DNA of 64,000 nt from Eledone cirrhosa (Eukaryota): NCBI GenBank assembly GCA_964016885.1, contig OZ024757.1, positions 23,188,001 through 23,252,000 of the forward strand, written 5' to 3'. The notes under the pieces were generated by a model. That model worked only from the letters and a program-made list of their open reading frames with translations. It was not told the origin of the DNA and made no database searches. Position numbers and translations under genes: made by a program. Positions 39,062-53,075 of this stretch are shown piece by piece (the stretch's first letter is position 1; each line of letters begins with the position of its first letter).

Positions 39062-39069
<8 letters not shown>
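38671..39069 (-). mobile_element. (TA)n-embedded element with ~137-bp inverted arms, each with a hammerhead core
   Basis: Arms 38762-38899 and 38932-39069, ~32-nt loop, single-copy tail 38671-38761. Confidence 0.7.
38801..38869 (-). ncRNA. Hammerhead with extended stem II; inverted twin at 38962-39030 (+) has U16.1 changed to C
   Basis: ATTTTAT-CTGATGA-aaacgcagatatca..tgatatttgttttt-GAAA-TGTGCA-TA-ATAAAAT. Confidence 0.65.
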
Positions 39070-39121
<52 letters not shown>

Positions 39122-39124
39122 TCA

Positions 39125-39515
39125 TCATCTTCATCATCATCGTTTAACATCCATCTTCCACGCTTGCATGGGTTTGGACAGGAGTTTTCCCAATTGAGGC
39201 AAGATTGGTTGTCCTGCTCGTATAGGACTGTCTGGCAGGTTTTCTACGGCTGGATGCCCTTCCTAACACCAACCACGTTTACAGTGTGGACTGGGAGGTT
39301 TTTACCATGTTACCTACACAGCCACATTACAGCGTGGACTGTGTGTTTTTTTTTTTGTTGTGACACCTACACGACCTCATTTGTTTCGGACTGGATGTTG
39401 TGGTACCAACATAGCTTCGCATTGAAGGGGGTGGTGTGGATGGGGTGGGGGGTAGTGGGACAGGGGTGTATTTTTGTTAGAGGTGCCTACTGACTGTAGG
39501 TTTCGCTTTGTACTA
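39125..39515 (-). mobile_element. SINE-like element with RTE-type tail; close copy at 54380-54790 (+)
   Basis: Colinear reverse-complement match over ~370 bp. Confidence 0.65.
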
Positions 39516-39904
39516 CTATATATATATATATAGAGTAGAATGATCAAGAATTGGAATATCGGCCCACGAAATCACGATAAACGATATCCGACATGTGTGT
39601 GGCAGAGGGCTCAATAATTTGGATAAACCAGAGCTATAACTATCGTTAAAATACCAACACACAGAGATCATGCCTAAAATCACCCGTGCAGCCGAAAAAG
39701 AACGACCAGGAAGATTCGGGTCACTCAGATATATATAAATGTATAACAATGTTAACAACAATTGAGTGTTTGTTACCAACACTATAGTGTTTGATAGTAC
39801 AAGTAGTGTGATATAGAACAGTCAAAGCAACAGAACATATATTAATGTTAGCAATGCTATAGTGTTTGCCAGTACATCTAGTGTGACAGAAAACAACTAA
39901 AACT

Positions 39905-40290
39905 ACAGTATCTTCTTCATCATTGTATTTACACTTGTTTTTCTATGCTTGCCTGGGTTGGACTGGTCCTTTTCACTGTAACATTTTTTCCACTCATAGT
40001 GTTCCTTTGTCATCTTCTTTGTGAGTCTCAGTGATTTGAAATCAGCTCTCACCACCTCTGCCCTGGTCTTTCTTGGTCTACCTCTACTGCGGCTTCCCTC
40101 CACTGAGATTTCCAGGCACTTCTTCACTCAGTGCTCATCATCCATGCACACCACATGTCCATACCACTGCAGTCTTCTCTCCTGTGCACCACTTTGGATT
40201 CCTCTTAAACTCCGTTTCTCCAAGCTCTGACTTTCTCTCACATTTACATTGCACCTCCAATGAAGCAGGGTTGCTTCATTTCTATCCAGT
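39905..40290 (-). mobile_element. Degenerate RTE 3' fragment
   Basis: ERRLQWYGHV, GRPRKTRAEVV. Confidence 0.75.
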
Positions 40291-40307
40291 CTATATATAT
40301 ATATATA

Positions 40308-40512
40308 TAACAAAGGAATTGTGGTAAGGAACCAGATGGACCATAACGCACCAAAGTACTCAATACTTAGGGTAGTAGAGTGGGTAATAGGAACAAGTAT
40401 GACCCCGACGGCAGAGCTCAAGCCATTTCGACGGCTATTTCTGGACTGAAATAGCCAGAAATAGCCGTCGAAACGGCTTGAGCTCTGCAATCGGGGTCAT
40501 ACTTGTTCCTAT
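40308..40512 (-). mobile_element. Second copy of the (TA)n-embedded fold-back element
   Basis: Colinear in reverse with 4488-4681; short duplication (gaaatagcc) next to the loop. Confidence 0.7.
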
Positions 40513-40513
40513 G

Positions 40514-40546
<33 letters not shown>

Positions 40547-40571
40547 GTATATATATGTATATATATATATG

Positions 40572-40625
<54 letters not shown>

Positions 40626-40632
40626 TACATAC

Positions 40633-40759
<127 letters not shown>

Positions 40760-40764
40760 CATAC

Positions 40765-40799
<35 letters not shown>

Positions 40800-40806
40800 T
40801 ACATAC

Positions 40807-40859
<53 letters not shown>

Positions 40860-40864
40860 CATAC

Positions 40865-40917
<53 letters not shown>

Positions 40918-40918
40918 C

Positions 40919-40953
<35 letters not shown>

Positions 40954-40966
40954 TATACATACATAC

Positions 40967-41001
<35 letters not shown>

Positions 41002-41037
41002 TATACATACATACATATATATATATGTATGTATATA

Positions 41038-41070
<33 letters not shown>

Positions 41071-41103
41071 GTATGTATATATATATATATATATGTATGT
41101 ATA

Positions 41104-41138
<35 letters not shown>

Positions 41139-41174
41139 GTATATATATACATATATATATGTATATATATATAC

Positions 41175-41207
<33 letters not shown>

Positions 41208-41270
41208 CATATATATACATACATATATATATACATACATACATATATATATACATACATACATACATAT

Positions 41271-41336
<66 letters not shown>

Positions 41337-42176
41337 GGATGAAATAAACAACAAAACAAAGATTACCAGGTAACTAAATTGTTTGTTACCTTCATCTTAC
41401 TGTCCATTTTGTCTTATATCACTTTCCACATAGATAGAGATTTTATATATATATAAACTAAGTTACTGCGTTTAACAACTAACCTCCAATATGATATAAC
41501 GACCAATTCTCTATTGATAAGAACAACAACAACAAAAATTCCTAGAACTGCTGCTATGATAAAATCGAAGTAGTAAAGCAATAAAAAAAAACAAAAAAAA
41601 AACAGATAAATTTGTATATACTTAGTTTCAAAGAACAACAAAATAACAAGAACAATAAGTTTATCTTTTATTTCAGATATTCTACCTAGAACTAAGATCA
41701 ACTATTGTCAAGTATTCAACTGATATTTTTTGACATTTAACACATTAGAGTTGGGGTTTGTGTTGGCAGTGGGGAGGGTTCAATGAAAAGATAGTTGTGA
41801 TAAGAGTATGAACTGCTCTTGACATTAAACTAAAGCAACAACCCTTTTGTTTTCATTTCTGTATTTCTGTCAATTGCTTACAGCATTATAAACTGATGCT
41901 TTCTAGAATACTTCAAATGTTTTAATAATTTACCAGAACCAGATTTACTGCAGTTAAGTTGCTTTACACAATAGGCTTTCTGTCGATTGCTTGTGTGCAC
42001 ATGTATGGTCTTTTAACTCCTTAGGGAGTCATAGAGCCGGCAACATATTGACATACAATGTTTCTAGGGCATGTTTAAAACCTGGTGGAGCCCATCTCCT
42101 CTTCAGGTCAGAGTACAGCAGATTTCTTCCAGAGAAGGAGAGAGTGGCAGGAAGTGTGAAAGATAGATATAGATAT

Positions 42177-42225
<49 letters not shown>

Positions 42226-42448
42226 GCTTAGTCGTTAGAGCATTGGCCTTGCAATCGAAAGGTTGTGAGTTCAATTCTCAGACCGGGTGATGTGTTGTTT
42301 CCTTGAGCAAGACACTTTATTTCACATTGCTCTAGTTTACTCAGCTGTAGAAATGAGATTATAGGACTGGGGTCCCTATCATTCCACTGCAAAGTGGTCG
42401 TGGAGGTGCCACAGCAAAAAAGCACCCAGCCCACACTGTAAAGTGGAC

Positions 42449-44650
42449 GTGTTGGCCAAAGCTGCTTGTATCCTTATACGAGCAGCTTTGGCCGACACTT
42501 TTTGCTTGATTATTTCTATCAGCATGTCTATGTCACTTGTTGATTTTATACTGTATTTTCTTTTCAATTTTCTAAGTTTAGTTTGTTTAACATGTTCACC
42601 TACTTTGTAGTTTGTTAAAATTTCTATGTCAGATCGGAGAAGGTTTATTTGGCGATTGATGTTCTCTTGCCAAGTAGATTTCTTGTGGGAATTTCTTTGT
42701 TTTTTTCATTTTCACTCCACATAAGTGAGTGGTGACTTTAGCCGATGCATAATAGAGATGATTTAAATCAGTAATGTTTAGTTTGTTTGTGATGATAATG
42801 TTTTTGAGAATTATGTTAGTCTTGTGTATTATCTTTTGGTTCTGTTTGGAGTTCTGGATCTTAGGGAGAGTGTCTCGTTCCCCCATGTCAGATTCTTTCA
42901 TTTTCATCCATTCGCTTTGAAAAACGATCTAGATTCTATAAGGACAATAAAATGTTCAAAAACAACCAAAGAAACTTCTCCAGAAAAATTGGCAAGTCAA
43001 CAATAACTGCTAAATCAATACCACCCAAGGAGGAAGTGCAAGAATTCTGGGAAAAGATCTGGGCCGAAGAAAAAGTTCATAATATACATGCCCCATGGAT
43101 AGACAGACAAATGAAAGATACAGCTCACCTTGAGGAACAAATATGGGAAAATATAACAGTTGAACAGTTGCGTTTGGCTTTTAGAAAAATCAGCAAATGG
43201 AAATCCCCAGGAAAAGACAAAATACCAAATGTTTGGATAAATGCCTTCACAGAGTCTCATGAGCTGTTAGCCCAACTTTACAATGAAATAGTTAAGATTC
43301 CGAAGAATGATGAGACAAACAATCCCAAAAATTACAGACCGCTAACTTGCTTGACCACAATGTATAAAATTTTAACATCAGTCCTAACTGAATATACATA
43401 TGACCACCTGATAACAAATGATCTATTTCCCAATGAGCAGAAAGGGTGTAAACGAGGCTCATATGGCTGTAAGGATCAGCTTTTGGTTAACAAAATGATA
43501 CTGGAAGATTGTCATAATAGACACAAATATCTATCAATTGCTTGGATAGATTATCAAAAAAGCATTCGATAGTTTGCCACATAGGTGGATTGAAAAGTGT
43601 TTAGAGATTTTCAAAATATCTCCTGTTGTCAGGAGGTTCCTGTCATTCAGTATGAAGACATGGAAAACAACACTCCTTTTGAATAGTGAAAAAAAAATCA
43701 CGAGAAGCTGGAGAAGTTAATATTAATTGTGGAATTTTTCAGGGTGACTCTTTATCACCGCTTTTATTCTGCATCGCACTTATACCATTAAGTAAAATGC
43801 TCAATGAAACAAAACATGGATATAAAGTCTATGACAAAACCATTAATCACTTATTCTACATGGATGACCTGAAACTATTTGCAAAAAATGATGAATAATT
43901 GCAAGGGCTATTATCCACTGTGGAGCAGTTCAGTGATGACATTAAAATGGAGTTTGGACTAGATAAATGCGCCAAAGAAACGTTCACCAGAGGAAAGCAG
44001 CTGAAAAGTTCAGACATTAATCTTGATCGGGGGAATGTGATAAGAGAACTTGATCAAGAGGAAACTTACAAATATCTAGGTGTTTGTGAAGGAGACAGAA
44101 TCAAGCACTTGACAATGAGGGAAAGGATAAGGAAGGAATGTTACCGCAGAGTAAGAGCAATCTTAAGAACGGAATTGAATGCAAGGAATAGGATCGATGC
44201 CATAAACACACTTGCCATACCAGTAGTAACTTACAGTTACAATGTCATCAACTGGTCAAGCACAGAGATCCGTAAGCTCGATACAAAAATTAGAAAATTC
44301 TTAACCATGCACAGAATGCATCACCCTAAAGCAGATACAGATAGAATATATCTCCCTAGGAAAGAAGGAGGACGTGGGTTAATCCAGTTAGATATTGCGT
44401 TGAAAACTGCAACAATTGGATTATCTACATATCTAAGGGAATCACATGATTGGATGATCAAACTCGTTTTGAAACACGAAAGCATCAAAAGATCATACTC
44501 CATTACAAATGATGCACAAAGATACAGTAATGGACTCCAAATTTCAGAAGTCCAATTTACTGCTGAAAGAAATTTATATTATTTAATCCATCCAGATTCT
44601 AGAAATATAAAATATACAGAAACGGAAACCAACTCAAAAACCAAACAGTG
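42449..44650 (+). pseudogene. R4/Dong-clade non-LTR RT relic with 5' inversion
   Basis: KWKSPGKDKI, NYRPLTCL, EQKGCKRGSYGCKDQL, AWIDY, GIFQGDSLSPLLF, HLFYMDDLKLFA, YLPRKEGGRGL, broken by frameshifts and stops; segment 42472-42912 is inverted. Confidence 0.88.
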
Positions 44651-47600
44651 GGTGTGTTTTATTATATATTTCTGGCAATATTATAACAACATGACCCTCC
44701 CCAAATATAACAAGATTCTAGATTATTTTCCAAATTATTTAAAAACCATATACAGTGTTTTTCATAAGAAATATGGCACCAAAAGGGTTAAAGATAGTCT
44801 GGATATTTTCTTTCATTTACAAACCTCGCAACACAGATTTTCTCTTATTATTTGCTTCTCTTCTTCTATCAGATTTCCTTTCTGATCACCAGCAGCTGAT
44901 AGTTTCCTGCTTTATGTCAAACAGAATTATATTCATTAAGCATTTTCCTTCGTGCTTCATTGTGCTCAAGTGTAATGTAATTCTACAGTCGCCAGTCATA
45001 AGTATAACGCTAATGAACATTCAATCAACTGATAATTTCCAATGATGACATTTTTTTTCTTCTTCTAGAAATGGCAGGAGGTTCTTTTGTACATCTATCT
45101 GGCTATTGTATGGCTGGATGTAAAGCAGCAACCATAAGAGAGGAACAAATATGAGAAGTTGGTGTACTGGGTTAACCCTTGTGAAACAAACAAACTGAAA
45201 CTGCCCCGGTTTCAACAATACAAAGCTGTTTATTTTATGTGTTTATATTTATCTAAAAAAAACTCTTCCATCATAATTTTATGTAAGGACCTTTGTTAAG
45301 TTATGTTCCAACCACTAGCTTAATAACGAGAAAGCTACTTACATTTCTAAATACTTCCACATTCATTGAAAATCATAAACCGTGTCTTTAATACAGTAAT
45401 GAAAGGTTTAATGTATCTATATATATCTAAAATCCTTCCATCATAATTTAATTCTTTCTACTTTTGGCACAAGGCCAGCAATTACCCCAGTGCATTACTG
45501 GTACTTTATTTTATTGACCCCCGTAACGATGAAAGGCAAAGTTAACTTCGGCGGGATTTGTATTCAGATCATAAAGGCCCGTAACTCTATGCTGCAAAGC
45601 ATGGCGTCTGACCCTCTACCGATACTGCCAAACCAAATGTTAGCACATTTGTTAAGTTATGTTCCATACATCAACTCGATAAAAGAGAAATTTGGTGATG
45701 TTACTAAATCATTCCAAATTCTTGATTATTTGAAAATTATATGCAGTGTCTTCCATTAGAAATGTGGTAATGAAATGGTGAATTTCTAGATATCAATTTC
45801 AGCAATGAAAATGATTATCTGGAGAAATTTATTTAAAGTGTCAAAGGTTTCTGTGTTTTTGTCAATTATACTGATGTGAGAGATATTGGAAGAGCCAAGG
45901 GGGACTGTGGACATTGAAATTTCTAAGTATGATTATATTAGAGTTGAAAAAGGTTTAACTGTTGACCTCAAAGCAGGAAATGACATGCGTGATAGAAGTA
46001 TTAGGAGATAATTTCGAAGGAAGGAAAGCAAAGAATAATTGAAACCTAAAACCTTTTCCACCTTGAATACAACACAGAAGTGTGCAAGAGAGTGAATGTG
46101 GTCTGCAAGGTCACATGTAAAACATGTAAAACATGTAATATATCAGAAGAACTGCCTGGGTGTTGCATATACACATCAAGTAGCACATGATGACAAGAGC
46201 TTCTTCTGTTAAAAAACATCTTAACAGATGTCATAGCCAAGACATTGAGATCACCATAGACGCAATGGAAAAGAATATGGGCAATTTAAGAATCAAAGCG
46301 GCCATTATCATCAACTAGAAAAAACACAGATAATAGATTATGAATGCACAAAGCTGACTGGTTACTATAAAGACTTCACACTTGTGTATTACAGACATGA
46401 AGGCCAGATAAGGAAGAAGACATCAATTATTCATTTTGTTTTGAACTGTTTCAGCTCCACATTTGACAAAGGGGTTAAGACCCTGAAATATCATGTTGAA
46501 ATATACTGGGTAAAACATTACTTTGTTTTGTTATATTTGTCATCATTTACCCTTTATATATTTCTACCACATTGTACTGGCTTTTTGAAACCTATCAGTC
46601 ATTTATTATTGGCAGTATCGGTAGAAGGTCGAACGAACGCCATGCTTTGCAGCACAGAGTTACGGCCCTTTGCGGTCTGAGTTCCAATCTCGCCGAGGTT
46701 AACTTTGCCTTTCATCCTTACGGGGTCAATAAAATAGAGTACCAGTAATACACTGGGATAATTGCAGGCCTTGTGCCAAAAGTAGAAACAATTATATATT
46801 GAACTCACATCATAAAGGGCCGTAACGCTATGCTCGGATGCCATGCTTTGCAGCATAGAGTTACGGCCCTTTGTGATCTGAGTTCAAATCCCACAGAGGT
46901 TAACTCTGCCTTTCATCCTTACGGGGTCAATAAAATAAAGTACCAGTAATGCACTGGGATAATTGCTGGCCTTGTGCCAAAAGTAGAAACAATTATATAT
47001 CTCACAATACTTTTGTATTAACTATACTACTTTAGAATTGAAATAGAAGCTTTACTATAATATAACTCTGATATAACACCTGCAACCCTGATGGTATCCA
47101 ATGATGTTGACTTGTTCTTCTTTTTGGTAAATATCATCTTGGTTAAGAGAGTGGGACTGGCTTTAGGCAGTGCCTTTGCTCACCATAAAAAGCTTCACGG
47201 CACAGGCATTGCTTTATATCTGGAGATCTCTCTGCACTTGTCATCACATGGTACCATGGGCCTAGCACTATGTGTCAATAATTGTCACAAATGTAGTGTT
47301 TGTACCAGAGTTTTCAAGTCGCTGGCTGGACTAAAAAGTCACACTCGTTCAGTGCATCGGTAGGGGTTCTCCTACATGGATATAAAGTAGTGGCCGTACT
47401 CGAAAACGAGTTGGCAGCCACCAGGTATGTATATATATACATATCATCATCATCATCATCATCATCATTTCATTTTACGTCTGCTATTCCCTGCTTGCAA
47501 GGGTGGGACGGGAACTGATTCTGGCTTGATTTCTACAGCTGGATGCCCTTCCTAACACCAACCTCATTTACAGTGAGTGCTGGGTGCTTTGTTTGCCGTG

Positions 47601-47849
47601 GCACCTCCACGACCGCTTTGCAGTGGAATGATATGGACCCCAGTCCCTATCATCTCATTTCTACAGCTGAGTAAACTGGAGCAATGTGAAATAAAGTGTC
47701 TTGCTCAAGGAAACAACACATCACCAGGTCTGAGAATTGAACTCACAACCTTTCGATTGCAAGGCCAATGCTCTAACCACTAAGCCATGTGCCTCCATAT
47801 ATATATATGTATATATGTATGTATATGTATGTATATGTATATATATATG

Positions 47850-47882
<33 letters not shown>

Positions 47883-48034
47883 GTGTGCATATCAGGAAAC
47901 AATTGAAACCAACTGCAAGCCAGTAATATTTTATTCTTCATTGACAGACGAAATTCTCAACAGGAAAGTTTATTCCATAAACCAAGATTACTCTTATAAT
48001 ATATTTCTATTGCAATTGTAACAGTGGTAATGTA

Positions 48035-49965
<1,931 letters not shown>

Positions 49966-50410
49966 GGAAGGTAAGAAATCTCATTAAAGTTGATTGATAA
50001 CTTGCTACATTTCTACAAAGGCTGCTCAATAAATTACACTTGACTGTTACTGAGGGAACGCTGAGATGTGGAATTAAAGCAGGGTAAAGGTGAGCAGGGG
50101 GGGGGGGGGGGCAGGAGCTGAGGGTGATTAAATGAGGGATCTTAAATAATTAATTCTCTGCCCTTCCCTACCTCCTTTTCAGAGGGGTAAAAACAATAAA
50201 CACATACACAGATATATACACACATATATACACACTCATACACACACACATATATATATGTGCTTATATATATACTCATATAGACACACATATATATATA
50301 TACTTGTGTGTCTCTCTCTCTATATATATAGACCTATATATATATATATATATATATAGACCTATATATATATATATATATAGACCTATATATATATATA
50401 TATATATATA

Positions 50411-50606
50411 CGTAGGTCCCGGGTTGAGTCGGGGATAACCACAGTAAGTAAGGTACTCAATACATGGCAGAGTAAAATTTTTTTATTTTATAGAAGGAGC
50501 TTCTACAGGACTAGTACTGTTTCATTCAGATGAAATCTTCAGGAAGATTTCATCTGAATGAAACAGTACTAGTCCTGTAGAAGCTCCTTCTATAAAATAA
50601 AAAAAT
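50411..50606 (-). mobile_element. (TA)n-embedded fold-back element with hammerhead; degenerate relative at 34466-34780
   Basis: Perfect ~63-bp arms with a 2-nt loop (50541-50542) and a tail containing gtattgagtac. Shares ttctacaggactag..ctgtttcatt with the 34657-34780 hairpin. Confidence 0.7.
50500..50546 (-). ncRNA. Hammerhead ribozyme within a perfect fold-back
   Basis: CTTC-CTGAAGA-tttcatctgaat-GAAA-CAG(tactagtc)CTG-TA-GAAG. Confidence 0.65.
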
Positions 50607-51929
50607 ATATATATATATATATAGACCTATATATATATATAGACCTATACCTATATATATATATAGACCTATATATAGGCCAATGCTCTAACCACTAAGC
50701 GATGGGCCTCCATATATATATATATATACAAATGGAAGTTTAGTAAAATCAAAGTTTCAGCTGTAGCCAAGCTAACGAAATACAATTAGGAATTATGAAG
50801 CCAAGCACTCAATGAGGCTGTGCTCAGAGTAATAACATACGTTAGATAGCATGACACATTGAAAATTGTGGCAGGCAAGACAAGCAACAACACCAAAGCA
50901 ACGAAAAAAACTTTCAGGCTAGACAACAAACCTGAACCGTCTCGGAAGGCACTGCGCCGTGCCTCTGATAGGTTTCTTTGAATCCAAAATCAACAATCCT
51001 ACTCGCGCAATTATGCAAGTTGTTGGTGTTTGATAACCGAACTGAGGATCCATGTTATCAACAGGTTTCTGTTCAGTGCCTTGACCCGGTGTGAGATGAA
51101 GGAGTAGGCCACTGCTTCAACTATCACATGCTTTTTCCCAACAAGGGAATTAACCCTGGGTTTTTGGCGGGCAAATTCAAAATGTGGACAAAGGAACTGT
51201 TTTCCCTGCACAAACGGGATAAGAAGCACTCAACCAGACATTATTAAACAAGCATAAATAATTAATCAATCAATAGAATTGTCTAATTAGATTAATTAAT
51301 TTATATATATATGGTTATGTATATAAATCAATCACTAGATCACACTGCTTACACAGATTCCCTTGATTCTGTCATCGTTCAATTCTATTGTTCATCATAT
51401 TCAGCAGGTCAGAGAGATTGTAGTTTATGACATCACAAATCAGCTTAATATAAGTCTTGGCTTGTCATCCTCTGATAGTTCTTCCTTGTGTAGGCCCCCA
51501 CTAAACAACTTCACTAATAATTTCATATTTAGATCCCCAGCAATGCCCTACAAATCTGACTTTACACTCTTTGATGATGTCTGACACACAACAAAGGCTC
51601 CCATGAAGTCTCTCATTGGTCAGACCAACTTTCCAAGTGACATTCAAAGCCACTCTTAACAAGTGAGTGTAGACTCTATCTAATCTTCTCTCCAGTTTTC
51701 AGACAAGGGTCCATGCTGAGTAGCCATACAATAGAACAGAGGTAACAGTTGCTGGAATGAGGCTCTTTCTCATATTGTCTGGAAGTCTAGATTTCCACCC
51801 TAGAGATAACTTGTCAATGGTACTCTAGGCCTTACTAATGCATGTATTTACATTGCTTTCACAGCTAGAGAGTTTACTACCAGATACGTGTGTGTGTGTG
51901 AAAATATATGTGTGTGTGTATATATATAT

Positions 51930-53075
51930 ATAAGGAGAATTATCTAGCTAAAAGTAAACCCTTCTACTTAGCTTTCGTTGACTTGGAGAAAGCCTTTGAC
52001 AGTTCCTCATTCCAATTTCTGGTGGGCTCTTAGAAAACTAGGAGTAGATGAGTGGCTTGTGAAAGCTATTCAAGCCATATATAGAGGAACAGTCAGCAAG
52101 GTTAGAATTAACAATGAATATAGTAAAGAATTTAGCATGCAGGTAGATGTCCATCAGGGCTCTGTCCTTAGCCTTCTACTGGTTATTATAACAGAAGAGT
52201 TTAAGACTGGCTGCCCATGAGAATTCTTGTATGCAGATGATTTAATCCTCATAGTTGAATCTAAGGCAGAATTAGAGAAGAAATTCCAAACCTCGAAGCA
52301 TGGCTTAGAATCAAAAAGTCTTAAAGTTAACTTGTCAAAGACTAAAGTCCTAGTATGTAGAAAGGAAAACAAGGTCCAGATTCACTCAGGAAAATGGCCT
52401 TGCTCAGTGAGCAGGAAATGAGTAGGTAGAAATTCACTCCTATGCATAAGCTATGGCTATATAGAGAGCTATGGCTCTCAAAGAATGTAGGTATTTATAC
52501 GCGACCAATACAGAGGTGCAGTAATTAGCATATGCCCACAGGGTACTAGCTCCTTCAAATGCCCCAAGGGCTCTGTAGAAAGAGTGGATAGTTTCCATTA
52601 TCTGGGTCACCAAATCAGCAGTGGAGGACGGTGTTCCAAAAGTACAGTAGTCAGAATAAGAACATGATGGAGAAATTTCAGAGAGCTACTACCGCTGCTA
52701 GCTGGAAAAGGCGTTTCCCTTAAAATGAAGAGCAGATTGTATGATGCCTGTATACGAACAGCAATATTGCATGGGATTGAGACCTGGGCACTGCGTACAG
52801 AGGACCTGTGTAGATTGGAAAGAAACTAAGCTTGCATACTCTGATGGATGTGGCATATACACAAACGGCAAACCGTAAATAAACTGAAAGAGAAATTGGG
52901 CAGAAGTGGGATAAGATGCAGTGTTCACGAGAGTTGACTGTGTTGGTATAGCCATGTTATATATATGAAGTATGACTTATATAAAAAGGTGCAGGGCAAT
53001 CAAATTTGATGGAAGCTATGGAGTCGTCAGAAGACCCAAGAAGGCCTGGGTGAGGTGATAAAAGCTGACCTTGCA
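51930..53075 (+). pseudogene. Degenerate RTE RT fragment
   Basis: AFVDLEKAFD, VHQGSVLS, YADDL, LKVNLSKTKV, LYDACIRTAILHG; many stops. Confidence 0.82.

Noticed and set aside
45790-46560. Possible decayed transposase or host exons (also 2090-2700 and 50730-51830)
   Set aside because: Coding-like composition but no motif I could identify reliably; needs BLASTX.
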